From positions 95,201 to 159,200 of IMG/VR virus record IMGVR_UViG_3300034072_001149: DNA of 64,000 nucleotides. The stretch is one strand, 5' to 3'. The notes under the pieces are model-generated. The model searched no databases and had not been told where the DNA came from. It saw only the letters and a list, made by a program, of their open reading frames with translations. Origin of the DNA: a virus. Each line of letters opens with the position of its first letter. Position 1 is the stretch's first letter. The translations under genes and the position numbers were made by a program. Positions 9,857-19,816 of this stretch are shown one piece after another.

Positions 9857-9949
9857 TAGCGACCTCTCTATTAAGCACATGGTTATTTATCCAACTTGAC
9901 ACCTAGTGAATTGCTGTTAAATGGATACAAAAGCAGAGAGAATCCCCCT

Positions 9950-10483
9950 ATGAGCACAATTGGTCTTTATGCAGGTTCATTTGATCCAATGACTCGTGGG
10001 CATCTAGATATCCTGAGTAAAGCAATCCAGACTTTTGATACTGTCCATGTGGCAATTGGACGCAACGTCAATAAGTCTGGATTCCTGTCAGTTGATAAAC
10101 GGCTAGAGATCATGAAGCTCGCAGTTGATGAATGGGAAAATCCAATTCTCAAACTGGCGGCCCAGACCGGAAAATTGAAATTTGGCGAATATGCTGGAAT
10201 CAGCATAATAGCTTATGCCAAACTGATCGGCGCCACTCATATTGTTCGAGGCCTAAGACAGGCCGGCGACTTCAATGATGAATTTGCCCTAACGGGCATT
10301 GCCGCTTATCTGAATGACAATATCATCTTTACTCATTTCATTGGTAAAGAAAAATATCTCCACGTTTCAAGCAGTACTGCTAGAGAACTTGCTAGTCTGG
10401 GGGAAGATATCAGCTGGCTTGTCACTCCTAGTGTTGAAAAGGCTCTAGAAGATGAATTTGCTCGTCGACAAGCCAGGACCTGA
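9950..10483 (+). CDS. coaD: Phosphopantetheine adenylyltransferase
   Basis: YAGSFDPMTRGHLDI, RGLR..DF..E, VSSSTARE. Confidence 0.9.
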   Translation: MSTIGLYAGSFDPMTRGHLDILSKAIQTFDTVHVAIGRNVNKSGFLSVDKRLEIMKLAVDEWENPILKLAAQTGKLKFGEYAGISIIAYAKLIGATHIVRGLRQAGDFNDEFALTGIAAYLNDNIIFTHFIGKEKYLHVSSSTARELASLGEDISWLVTPSVEKALEDEFARRQART

Positions 10484-10486
10484 TAC

Positions 10487-10675
10487 GTGGAAAGATTAGC
10501 TCTCATCGTCGTTACGCTGTTTTTGCTTCTGACTATCTGTTCAGCTATCTATCTACAAATTAATCACCAGAATAATTTGAGTCCTGCTGCTAGGATCTCT
10601 CTTTTATTCATGACGGTTTTGATGTGTCTGATCTACTATAGCACTAGCAGCCGTCTGCTCACGCTGGTTGATTAA
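10487..10675 (+). CDS. Small two-TM membrane protein
   Basis: Two hydrophobic segments; follows coaD; 3' overlap with a convergent gene. Confidence 0.4.
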   Translation: MERLALIVVTLFLLLTICSAIYLQINHQNNLSPAARISLLFMTVLMCLIYYSTSSRLLTLVD

Positions 10676-10885
10676 TGACACTTGTTCCTGTCGGGTGATT
10701 TCACCAAACCACTTTCGTGGATTTCCGCAACAAAAGTTAGAACATGGACACGGCGTCGTTGCTGATTTTCGGATCCATTCCGTGGAATCAGCTTTATGTC
10801 CAGACCATCCCACAATACTCGAACGGCGTTTCGCACGAGCAATAGCGCGCTCACGTTGAGCACGTCTCCAAGACCTATTTCGCAT
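10604..10885 (-). CDS. Small basic Cys-rich hypothetical protein
   Basis: GGAGG RBS; TPCPCSNFCCGNPRK. Confidence 0.7.
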   Translation of the reverse strand: MRNRSWRRAQRERAIARAKRRSSIVGWSGHKADSTEWIRKSATTPCPCSNFCCGNPRKWFGEITRQEQVSLINQREQTAASAIVDQTHQNRHE

Positions 10886-10972
10886 GTTAACCTCCACACG
10901 CCTAGGCCCCAGCGTTGATTCGCCGGGGTCAGAGCGTGTTGGGAGGTCGAAGTCTCTGGATCTTCATATTGA

Positions 10973-11845
10973 CTACTTAGTTGAAACTTCAAATTGAGTC
11001 AAGGTAAAGGGCGGATTTTCGCCTGGATACCCTCTGGCATTGTTGGCATACACCACCCCGTTGATTTCTCGCATCTGGCGATAGTGAGTATGTCCATAGA
11101 TCCATAAGCCAATTTTGCGGTTGGTATCAGCTTGGATTACCTGATCCAAGGCAGTGTTGACATAACTGGGTGTAAGGGTATTCCAAACGATATCTCCCAC
11201 TTTCCATTCCATGATATCAGCCCTAGGGCTCATATGCGTGGTGACTACAATGGATTGGATGGAGTCATCCTCACTGGCAATTTTTACTTGATCCGCAAGA
11301 TTTATAGCCTGGGAGGCGGCAAAGCTTTCAACAGTGGTGCCATTGAAGTCTAGAAAACGAGAATCATTGGAATATTGATTCCAAGCCCGTTTTGCGGTGA
11401 AATCACTGATACCTTGGTCTTCATAGGCCTTGAAGTCATACCAGCCAGTACCGCCAAAGAATGCGACGCCGTCAACAACCAGACTTGTGTTGGGTGTTAA
11501 ATGATAGACATTATCCAAATGACTCAAGAGACTGGTTAGTAGATCCATCCCTTTTTCAACCGGCATGTCATTGTCATAGTGATCGTGATTTCCCTCAACG
11601 ACGACCACATACTCATATTCAGCTGCCGCTGCTTCTACTACCTGGCTGGTGGTAATGAGATTGTTGGATATATCGCCAGCAATCACCAGAACACGACTGT
11701 CAGGGTTTTTGTATTCCTTCCAGTCAATATAAAGAAACAAAGATTTATGAGGTTCACCAGTCCACCGGCGGCGATTTGGATCGTGGAGTTGAGTTCTATT
11801 ATGCCAAGCATCCACATGGAGGTCTGAACAGAAATCGATTTTCAT
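10973..11845 (-). CDS. Calcineurin-like metallophosphoesterase
   Basis: SDLH, AGD, GNHDH, TH, GHTH. Confidence 0.92.
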   Translation of the reverse strand: MKIDFCSDLHVDAWHNRTQLHDPNRRRWTGEPHKSLFLYIDWKEYKNPDSRVLVIAGDISNNLITTSQVVEAAAAEYEYVVVVEGNHDHYDNDMPVEKGMDLLTSLLSHLDNVYHLTPNTSLVVDGVAFFGGTGWYDFKAYEDQGISDFTAKRAWNQYSNDSRFLDFNGTTVESFAASQAINLADQVKIASEDDSIQSIVVTTHMSPRADIMEWKVGDIVWNTLTPSYVNTALDQVIQADTNRKIGLWIYGHTHYRQMREINGVVYANNARGYPGENPPFTLTQFEVSTK

Positions 11846-12060
11846 TTAAAGGAACCTCCTCCAATCACTATTTCGGTGACTGATTTGGCTTTTGTGAGTT
11901 CATTGATTTCATTCAGAAGTTCATTTTCTCGAACAATCATAAGAGATAGTTCGTTGGAAAGATCTTGTGCCTGTTCCATGGTCATAGAAAAAGCCACACT
12001 TCTTGAGCGGCTCTTCTGACGAACTGAATCAATAAAACGTCTGATTACCTGATAGTTCAT
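11842..12060 (-). CDS. Hypothetical protein
   Basis: Coupled ATGA overlaps on both sides. Confidence 0.7.
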   Translation of the reverse strand: MNYQVIRRFIDSVRQKSRSRSVAFSMTMEQAQDLSNELSLMIVRENELLNEINELTKAKSVTEIVIGGGSFK

Positions 12061-12524
12061 TGGTCTTGGCCCATTGACAGATTCGCCTGAGTGTTCAGCA
12101 TACTGATGTGGTTGCTGAGTTCCAGCTTGTTACGGAACGGACCAACTGACTCATATTGCTTAGTGGTGCTTTCCTTTGGACAATAGGCAATTGTCCAACC
12201 GTTTGGAAATTTGAGCCCCCAATAACCGGCAGCGAATATCATTCTACCGCCAGTCGTGTATAGAGGTGGCTTTTCGCTTTGGATTACGATATGTTCATGT
12301 TTGACAGGATAGCCATTGATCTGGCTAACTTCATTGTCCTCTTGTCGCTGCTCAATAGACAGCTTGCCGAACTTCTTTTCTACCGCCTGGTAGTCTTCAA
12401 ATTCAAGTCGATGGGCTGGACTCATAAAGAGATAGCCTTCATCAGTCTTGAACAACAGACCCGAGGTTCCAGAAGTCGTACGAATAATCCAGCTATTGCT
12501 GGTGAGTTGGAGCATTTTGCTCAT
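12057..12524 (-). CDS. Phage hypothetical protein
   Basis: GGAGG RBS; AAGYW...CPK..T...Y...GPF. Confidence 0.75.
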   Translation of the reverse strand: MSKMLQLTSNSWIIRTTSGTSGLLFKTDEGYLFMSPAHRLEFEDYQAVEKKFGKLSIEQRQEDNEVSQINGYPVKHEHIVIQSEKPPLYTTGGRMIFAAGYWGLKFPNGWTIAYCPKESTTKQYESVGPFRNKLELSNHISMLNTQANLSMGQDQ

Positions 12525-12582
12525 TGAGTCCTCCAGTTGTTATATCTACCCTAGCAGATACAGTAACCAGAGTTCAATAATT

Positions 12583-12909
12583 TCAACGGTTCAAAGTGGG
12601 AGGAATGTCTTGGCCAGTAGCAGCATACGCCGCATGGAATAGAGCTCTAGTTTGATCTCGTTCAGTCTTGGTATCAAGAACTCGCCGCACAATAAGAGCA
12701 CATTGTACAAAACCAATCCAGCGACCAGTCTTATCCACAGGGTTCAGATGATTGCGTTCTAACCCTGTTTCCATGAGCCACAAAATGTTATCGTAATCAG
12801 CCTCTTCAACTAATGGCATGTCCCTGATAACCTGCTCGTTAGCTAGGATTAGATCCCTCAGATTTACCATGACTTGTGCTTGGGCATCCCGCACCGGTTG
12901 AAGATTCAC
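12583..12909 (-). CDS. Hypothetical protein
   Basis: DKTGRWIGFVQ..L; operon context. Confidence 0.65.
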   Translation of the reverse strand: MNLQPVRDAQAQVMVNLRDLILANEQVIRDMPLVEEADYDNILWLMETGLERNHLNPVDKTGRWIGFVQCALIVRRVLDTKTERDQTRALFHAAYAATGQDIPPTLNR

Positions 12910-13337
12910 GGCATCTCACTGGGGTTCTGAGGGCGATAGTAGCGACCAGATGATTTGCTATCAAGGCGATGTTCGTCGTTTTTATCATTGGCCCAGGCGC
13001 TTACGATAAAACCTTCACGAGCCAAAACATACGAGTAATCGTATTCTTCACTCAAATTATGAACCCTGATGAGCATCTTCTGAATCTTGTTCAGAGACAC
13101 TCCGGACTCATTAATCTGCTCATAGATCTCAACGAGAGTATTGTTGGGATGAAAAATTTCTTCCCTTGAGGGAAGAGGGATGATGCCACGACGATCTTCC
13201 ATAAGCTGCTCAGCAGCATGGAAAGTAACATCTACCTCCTTGATTTGGCCGATAAATTCGGCACACATTTCACCAACGTTTTCAGGGAAGAAAATCTTAT
13301 TATGATAACAACGAAGATTTATGCGCGGCTTTGCCAT
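12906..13337 (-). CDS. Hypothetical protein
   Basis: Start reassigned to MAKPRINL. Confidence 0.7.
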   Translation of the reverse strand: MAKPRINLRCYHNKIFFPENVGEMCAEFIGQIKEVDVTFHAAEQLMEDRRGIIPLPSREEIFHPNNTLVEIYEQINESGVSLNKIQKMLIRVHNLSEEYDYSYVLAREGFIVSAWANDKNDEHRLDSKSSGRYYRPQNPSEMP

Positions 13338-13341
13338 AGGA

Positions 13342-13908
13342 TTAGGCGATCTCCTTGAGCAGCTGAGTGACCTTTTGGCGTTCACAAAGCTTGCGATTTT
13401 TAAACCGACCGTCATCTTCTGGCACAGCGAATGTCAGATACTCTTTTACAAGCGGATGAAGTCGATCTGGAGGTCCTGCATCTGCAGGCACCTCGAACTC
13501 CGCCATTGCGAGGTAGATGCCTTTTTGGTCTCGGAAAAAGTCAATTTCCCAAACACCTGACGTATTATTACATGGTAGGAGAAATCTAGTCTTTATAATT
13601 TTGTGGTCAGCTTCAGCCCAAGCTAATTCAAAATCTTCCTTACTGATCTCACTTTCAATTTCCAAGCATCCCGGCTGGTTTGTCAAGTCATGCTTGTATG
13701 TGAATATGCGCTCAGATTTGGGTTCCGCTAGAAGTTTACCTTGGTAAATTTGCCAGACTTTTAAGCGGATTCGTCCACCTTTGCTGAGGTATCCTTGTTG
13801 GATTTCAGCACGACCAGTAATCAGACCAGGCGTATCAATAGGATTCAACCTGGCCCAAAGTTCTTCAGCATCTCGAAGGACATACTTAAATTCACGTTCA
13901 ATAGGCAT
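13342..13908 (-). CDS. CYTH-domain triphosphatase
   Basis: N-terminal IEREFKY, QGYL, IIKTRF, WEIDFF, AEFE. Confidence 0.88.
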   Translation of the reverse strand: MPIEREFKYVLRDAEELWARLNPIDTPGLITGRAEIQQGYLSKGGRIRLKVWQIYQGKLLAEPKSERIFTYKHDLTNQPGCLEIESEISKEDFELAWAEADHKIIKTRFLLPCNNTSGVWEIDFFRDQKGIYLAMAEFEVPADAGPPDRLHPLVKEYLTFAVPEDDGRFKNRKLCERQKVTQLLKEIA

Positions 13909-13980
13909 TTGCGTCCTCCGTCCCTGTCACTGTCATATGGGACCTGTAAAATCTTACGTCAATCCCTGTAACAGCACCTT

Positions 13981-15027
13981 TTATGAATTTGTGTAGGGTG
14001 CTTGGAGAAGCGCCGCATAATCATTGGGGTTCTTAGAAAGATTAACTAAGGCCATTTCTTCACAGAATTTCAGGAACCAAATTCCAACGCCAGTTTTCTT
14101 TGGTTGCTGAACTGCTTCAAGGATAACAGAATCAAGCAACTGTTTGATCTCTTCAGGCTGCTGACGGAGATCGATAAGGGTCTGATTGCGGCGATAGGCA
14201 TCTTGGACCTTGACGATATTGCCTTCATGGTCCTCCCATTCGTCATTCATAAACAAAGTCCAGTCATAGCCGCGACCAGCACGGTCTTCATAGGCTTCTT
14301 TGATACCTGGCTTCTTGGAAGAGCCGTTTTCACGAACGCCTGGCTTAGCTGACATGATGTTATCTGAGGCATCACCACGAATACACTTCTTGAAAAGTTC
14401 ATATTCTGGATCAGGTGGGCTGATTGGTTCGGTTATCTTCTTCTTGACTTCCCGAACTTTGCCGTTCTTTCCAAGGACCTTTTCCGTGATGGTCTTTTCC
14501 TTGACAGCAGGCTGGTCCTTTTCATCAAAAACAAAATCTTTGGTAATAGTCCACTGCTTGACGCCGTCGTAGATCTTCACGTTGTCGGCAAGTAGTTGGT
14601 AGAAGTCGCTATCGCCGGAAAAGATAACATGCTGATCTTCAGGATGTAGATCAATCCATCGCGCAATAAAATCATCAGCCTCACAGCCCGCAGATTCAAG
14701 AACTGTGACATTCGTGCGCTTGCGAAGAAACTCAATTAGATGCTTCATAGCATCAAAATACAGTTCGTCCTCTTCACGCTCGCTCTTGGTCTTGAGCGCA
14801 TCCTGAACCCTGCGATGAGCCTTATATTCAGGGTAGATTTCTCGACGCCAGGAATTTTTATCCAAAGCCACCACAATGTGATCAGCCCCAAACTTTCGCC
14901 AGATTTGACGAAGGCTATTAAAACAGATATGTAGAGCCATGCCTGCCTTAGTGGCGGCGTCCCCGGTGGTTACATGCTTACAGCGATGGAAAAGGTTAGA
15001 AGCGTCTACAATTGCGTAGGTTGCCAT
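13981..15027 (-). CDS. T4-like RNase H / 5'-3' exonuclease
   Basis: IVDASN, WRREIYPEYK, EADD, SGDSDFYQL, RGDASDNI. Confidence 0.92.
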   Translation of the reverse strand: MATYAIVDASNLFHRCKHVTTGDAATKAGMALHICFNSLRQIWRKFGADHIVVALDKNSWRREIYPEYKAHRRVQDALKTKSEREEDELYFDAMKHLIEFLRKRTNVTVLESAGCEADDFIARWIDLHPEDQHVIFSGDSDFYQLLADNVKIYDGVKQWTITKDFVFDEKDQPAVKEKTITEKVLGKNGKVREVKKKITEPISPPDPEYELFKKCIRGDASDNIMSAKPGVRENGSSKKPGIKEAYEDRAGRGYDWTLFMNDEWEDHEGNIVKVQDAYRRNQTLIDLRQQPEEIKQLLDSVILEAVQQPKKTGVGIWFLKFCEEMALVNLSKNPNDYAALLQAPYTNS

Positions 15028-15084
15028 GGTAATCTCCTGATTATCATGTATCCTAACACCAAGAACTTCTAAAAATCATTATTC

Positions 15085-15939
15085 TTAGCTGTATTCTGTC
15101 AACCCGTCATCACGCTTGGTTCGGCTAACTCCGGCCATTGGCATGGGATCAGAAGACCCATCATCAATATCTAGCGGATTGTCAATGTTGAGCATTTGAC
15201 GCATGGCCTCTTCAAACCACTTGTCTACGATTTCATCTGGTGTAACACCTGTCCAACCTTTGCTCTCTAGAAACTGAATAAAGTATTCGTTCCAATCTAG
15301 CTCAATGGCCATTTGGGTGTTTTCACCACGAATCATATGCTCAGCGCCAATGACATTGAACCATGGCTCACGAAGCAAAGTGGCAACTTCTTTGTCATGC
15401 TGATTTTCGGTAATATTACCGAATTTGAGTTCTAGACCCAACTGCGCTATCTTATAATCAATTGATGTCTTGTCATTGAACGACATATCCAGAAGCTCAT
15501 GCTCAGCTTCCTCTTCAGTCTTATGACCAAAACGTACGTCTAGTTTGAGCTTGTCACGTCTATATGATTCAGTATCCTTGACATCATATGAGAGTTCAAA
15601 AAGCTTGTATTCCAACTCCTCGGTTGAAATCTTACCGAACTTGTGGAGATATTTGGCCATCTCACGTTCGCGGTCAACTTCGGTTAGTTTCTCATCGTTT
15701 TCAATCAAACCTAGACCATAATCAAACTCACCAATCTTGTGATATCGATAATCTAGTTTGAGCTTTGCCGTGCGGTAAGATTTGGTTGATTTGTCTTCAT
15801 GGTCAATATCCAGGATACGATAAGCCAGATCTTCACCATCCCAATAGTATTCAGCTTCTGATACTGCCCTAATGGTCCCAGTGAGTCCCCAGTTGGCTGG
15901 CCACCAGCCAAAGGGAATGATGCGTTTGATCTTAGCCAT
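15085..15939 (-). CDS. Hypothetical protein with internal helical repeats
   Basis: Four KL.L..(R/K).G.I.E.E-like repeats; C-terminal ELDWNEYF..DEIVDKWF. Confidence 0.75.
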   Translation of the reverse strand: MAKIKRIIPFGWWPANWGLTGTIRAVSEAEYYWDGEDLAYRILDIDHEDKSTKSYRTAKLKLDYRYHKIGEFDYGLGLIENDEKLTEVDREREMAKYLHKFGKISTEELEYKLFELSYDVKDTESYRRDKLKLDVRFGHKTEEEAEHELLDMSFNDKTSIDYKIAQLGLELKFGNITENQHDKEVATLLREPWFNVIGAEHMIRGENTQMAIELDWNEYFIQFLESKGWTGVTPDEIVDKWFEEAMRQMLNIDNPLDIDDGSSDPMPMAGVSRTKRDDGLTEYS

Positions 15940-15948
15940 AATAACCTC

Positions 15949-16479
15949 TTACTTTACTGGATTATTTAACCCAATAGTATTTAGAATCTGAGTGATGCGA
16001 TCAACCTCTGGGTTGTTGGTAACTCGGTGATAATCAATGGATTTAGCATCCAGAAAGTTTTTGATGGCATCATCCACTTCAATCGCTTGCTCAGCTGTTT
16101 GGTTTCTGCCAGTTGGTTGATAGGCAAAATCTCTACCAATCAAAAAGTTGTGATTCTCATAGGAATTCCAGACTTCCATGAGAAACATATCAAAGGTAGT
16201 AAAGTAGTCATCGGACTTGTAGATTAGACCCAAAGGAAGGGGACTATCGGTGATCACATACTCGACCTGATCCGCAAGTCTCTGAATCCTACGATTTTGC
16301 TTTGCTAAAATATACAACTGGTCATTCAAAACATTCTGTCTCTTTTCCCATGTCATATCTTTGGCATACTCAGTTACAAGTTCAACCTCTATCTGCTGCT
16401 TTTTCATTTCAAAGAAAAGTCCAGCAGCGGTAGTAGATTTACCAGCGCCTGGTCCGCCCCATATATTGATGACTTTCAT
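15949..16479 (-). CDS. P-loop nucleotide kinase (NadR/AAA_28-like)
   Basis: GGPGAGKST, EYAK, ITDSPL, GRNQT. Confidence 0.82.
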   Translation of the reverse strand: MKVINIWGGPGAGKSTTAAGLFFEMKKQQIEVELVTEYAKDMTWEKRQNVLNDQLYILAKQNRRIQRLADQVEYVITDSPLPLGLIYKSDDYFTTFDMFLMEVWNSYENHNFLIGRDFAYQPTGRNQTAEQAIEVDDAIKNFLDAKSIDYHRVTNNPEVDRITQILNTIGLNNPVK

Positions 16480-16499
16480 AGTATGCCTCTCTAAAAGAA

Positions 16500-16527
16500 T
16501 ATGGGAGGAGTGATCACTCCTCCCATA
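16500..16527. repeat. Perfect 28-bp palindrome (intergenic)
   Basis: TATGGGAGGAGTGA|TCACTCCTCCCATA. Confidence 0.85.
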
Positions 16528-16534
16528 CTTTATA

Positions 16535-16801
16535 TCACTCAGGATCTGGAATTTCCGAAATCTCAGGAGTGAGATGGAACCAAGGCTGCTGAAGCCTGGT
16601 TTCCAGTGAGGCCATCTCGTCTAGAAAAACCTGCCTAGCAACCGGAGTTTCCGTCCCATAAACCTGGATTTCAAGACCTGCCTGCGAAGTCGCAAATAGT
16701 CTTCCAACCATGAGATCATTTGTCACATCCACTACGGTCGCATCCAGATAGTATCCGTCAATGAGATAAGACCTGATGCTTCTTCTGATTTCGCTAATCA
16801 T
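16535..16801 (-). CDS. Hypothetical protein
   Basis: TAATG coupling with the upstream ORF. Confidence 0.65.
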   Translation of the reverse strand: MISEIRRSIRSYLIDGYYLDATVVDVTNDLMVGRLFATSQAGLEIQVYGTETPVARQVFLDEMASLETRLQQPWFHLTPEISEIPDPE

Positions 16802-17067
16802 TACTTCACCTCACTAGGATCAAAGATCTGATGGCCAACGCCGGCCACGAAGATTCCAGTGGCTGTTGCGATTCGTTCTGCCTGGATGGCAGTAATCACT
16901 GGAGTCAACTCATATCGCTGACCCGACTTGGAAATAGCCACAACTCTCGCCGAAGAACGACGAATGTCAGGCAGGTTGATTACTCGGTCGGTAACAATGG
17001 CTTCTACCTCTTCTGCGAGGAGTTCGCCATTCATAGTCTTAATGGTGTTTGCCATTTTATTTTCCAA
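16801..17067 (-). CDS. Hypothetical protein
   Basis: Tightly packed ORF. Confidence 0.65.
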   Translation of the reverse strand: MENKMANTIKTMNGELLAEEVEAIVTDRVINLPDIRRSSARVVAISKSGQRYELTPVITAIQAERIATATGIFVAGVGHQIFDPSEVK

Positions 17068-17286
17068 TCATGCTAAGAATTTGGTATACGGCGCCGTTGC
17101 TAGTTCTTCAAGAAAAGCGAGATAGTCATTTTCAGAATCAAACTCGAATTCTATTAGACCATCATGTCCGGTGACCGGGTTACGATAGTGAACTTTTGCC
17201 TCTACCTTTTCAAATACATTGAAAGAATGAGTGATTCTATGAATTTGAGAAACTAGTATGGTAAAATCATTAGTAACTAGAAACAT
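17068..17286 (-). CDS. Hypothetical protein, possibly a distant FKL-family member
   Basis: FEFDSENDYLAFL. Confidence 0.6.
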   Translation of the reverse strand: MFLVTNDFTILVSQIHRITHSFNVFEKVEAKVHYRNPVTGHDGLIEFEFDSENDYLAFLEELATAPYTKFLA

Positions 17287-17916
17287 ATGCTGTATCCCAA
17301 TATGATATACTCAATATACAGGATAACTCACCAGTTTCGCAATAAAGTTTATTTGGGTTACACCAGTTTAACAGCCGAACAGCGATTTGACCTGCATGTC
17401 ATGGATTCAAAGAGAGGCAGCAATAGCTACCTGCATCGCGCTATAGCCAAATATGGTCGAGAAGCATTTGTAATCGAGACGATCTATCAGTCCAAAGACC
17501 GAGATTTTACCCTAGAAGTCATGGAACCTTGGTTCATTTCTGAACATCGTAAAGCTGGAATTGAACTTTACAATATTCAGGACGGTGGAAGAGGCTACAA
17601 GAACAATCCTCGATCCAAATCGGTTGAGCTGTATGATGCTGACTTAGTTCTAGTCGAGACTTTACCAAGCCAGTCATCAGCCGCACGCCGTCTGTCCTGT
17701 AATCTTTCAACAGTTATACAAGCCTGTAGGAATGCAGATTCTGGAAAAGCATCGCGCCTAAAAGACTATTGGGTGTGCTTTGCTGGATCCAAACCAGTTA
17801 AAAAGGACACTTCTTACCTTCTGGAAAGAAACAATCGTATCAAACCATTTTTAGGCAAGAAGCGTCCTGATCAAAGCGTTAGGATGATGGGTAATCAATA
17901 CGCTCGGAAGAAATAA
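17287..17916 (+). mobile_element. Free-standing GIY-YIG homing endonuclease, antisense to the operon
   Basis: SIYRIT..KVYLGYT..R...H, E..FI, YNIQDGG; NUMOD1-like SQSSAARRL. Confidence 0.85.
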
Positions 17917-18792
17917 TCACTTACCGATACAGTTTCCGAATACCCATGTGTGAACCCTTGCTGCTACACTGTAACCACGTTCGACTGCCTGTTCAGCAAT
18001 CTTCGCCTGGTGGCTTTCCTGCATTTCACGATCAGCCCCAACGGGCATGATCCAAACGTCCCAATTGATACCGGCCTCACGATAAAGGTCAGTAGCTCTC
18101 GCGACTTCGTCCCAGTTGCGATCAGTGCCGTTACAGACATACTTTAGGTGACCAGCGTCGCTGATTGCCTTGTATTGTGCTAGAACCTCTGGCTTGATCG
18201 CTTTGTCCCACATCTCACCACTCAAGTAGAGCTTGGGAGATACAGACCAGAACAGCTCGCCTTCGTGATTCACGAAAGTGTTTTCAAAAGCGGGACGAGG
18301 CTTTTGAGTTCCGTTCGTCTCAATGGTAACAAACTTTGGAGTATTGTTACGGAGGGCAAAATTCTCCATTACATCCACGATAGCAGTCTGGCTCATCATA
18401 GGTTCACCGCCGGTGAATGCCATGTGGTGCCACTGCTTGGAGGTGGGATGAAGAAACTTACCACCTGGTAGAGTTGCTTCAATCTTATCACAGATCTCAG
18501 CAGCCGTGCTCTGGTGAGCTAGAGCACTGAACTTCTTGGCCCAGGAATAGCTGGAATCACAGCCACGATGGAAAACCGGGAGGGCTTCCATGGACTTGTA
18601 TTCCGATGGATCAATCTTTTCAAAATCTAGGTTCCATGTCTCTGGTTTGTCTGGGAACTCTTGACCAAAACCAGAACAAGAGAAGTTACAGCCCCATACC
18701 CTTAGCCAAACTGTAGGCCTACCCGTATAAGTCCCCTCTCCTTGAAAAGTCTGACCAAAGATCTCGGAATACCGATACTTCTTTTCTGTCAT
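17917..18792 (-). CDS. queE: 7-carboxy-7-deazaguanine synthase (radical SAM)
   Basis: EIFGQTFQGEG..G.PTVWLRVWGCNFSC...GCDS, FTGGEP, ETNGT, SVSPKL, RVHTWVFG. Confidence 0.9.
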   Translation of the reverse strand: MTEKKYRYSEIFGQTFQGEGTYTGRPTVWLRVWGCNFSCSGFGQEFPDKPETWNLDFEKIDPSEYKSMEALPVFHRGCDSSYSWAKKFSALAHQSTAAEICDKIEATLPGGKFLHPTSKQWHHMAFTGGEPMMSQTAIVDVMENFALRNNTPKFVTIETNGTQKPRPAFENTFVNHEGELFWSVSPKLYLSGEMWDKAIKPEVLAQYKAISDAGHLKYVCNGTDRNWDEVARATDLYREAGINWDVWIMPVGADREMQESHQAKIAEQAVERGYSVAARVHTWVFGNCIGK

Positions 18793-19433
18793 TTCGTTAT
18801 CTCCTCGAACCTGGTACCGTTAAGATCAAGATTCTTTCGTAATCGGTAATTCAGGATATCATATGTTATACCAAATTTATAACAAACCTGGCGTTTAGAT
18901 TCAAAATCTTCCTGGTGACCATCTGAAAAGATTACTCGTATTGCCTTCATACTCTTTTCAGTTCTAAGTCTTTGAAAACGCTTTGCAGATTCGATTTGCT
19001 TTTCTGTAAAGGCAAATCTACGACTTGGATTATTGTCACCGGCCATCTTTGAAGCCACTCGATCGTAACCTGCTCTTGCAGCATTAGTGCTACGGTCACC
19101 GTTACCCTTCATGCGGGAAGTATCTTTGACCTTCCAAGTGCGCCCCACTTTGCCAGAACCACCTCCCATGCCATCTTCTTCTCGGAGGTTGGCCCAATCG
19201 TCGCTTTCAACTACGTTCCACAACTTAGAATAGAACAAGCCAGCAGCCCTCAGATCTTCAAGCGTTTCACACTTGCATACTACCCAAGTCACAATATGTG
19301 GTCGATGCAGTCTTAGATGGTTCAGCCATCGTTTACCGGATCCTTTATAGGAATACGGGTCTTTTAGGCTAGTTTGACATAGGTACATCAAACCTGTTGG
19401 ATAGGTCTTTTTAACCATTAGGAAATAAGTCAA
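18789..19433 (-). mobile_element. GIY-YIG-variant homing endonuclease
   Basis: YLCQT..DPYSYKGSGKRW..HL, WANL.EE.G.GG; C-terminal HTH-like segment. Confidence 0.75.
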
Positions 19434-19816
19434 GGTAGTGGAGGAACCCCATAGTTGATAATATCATCTAAATATTGCGATTTTCTAAGAGTCGTTGGTC
19501 CAAATTTCGAAAGTTCCTTTAAAAGATCACCTAGCTCTTCCTCTAACTCATTAGATGCCCTAACATGATCAAAGCCGATCATCGCATATGATATTTTATC
19601 ATAGTTTGAAAAGAAAGGCTTATTCTTGATGGTATTATGCTGTGTTTGACAATAGTCAATCTTCTTTATCAACCTAGCTGTAGACTTGAAGCTAGGAAGA
19701 GACAGAGAAGTTTGGACGACTGCTTGGTTTACATTTCCTAGTTGTAAACAATTCAGATTAGATATGAGTTTTAGCTCATTTAGTAAAAAAACTTCAAAAA
19801 TATCCGGCTGGCTCAT
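19430..19816 (-). CDS. Hypothetical protein
   Basis: Coupled overlaps; AT-rich. Confidence 0.55.
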   Translation of the reverse strand: MSQPDIFEVFLLNELKLISNLNCLQLGNVNQAVVQTSLSLPSFKSTARLIKKIDYCQTQHNTIKNKPFFSNYDKISYAMIGFDHVRASNELEEELGDLLKELSKFGPTTLRKSQYLDDIINYGVPPLP

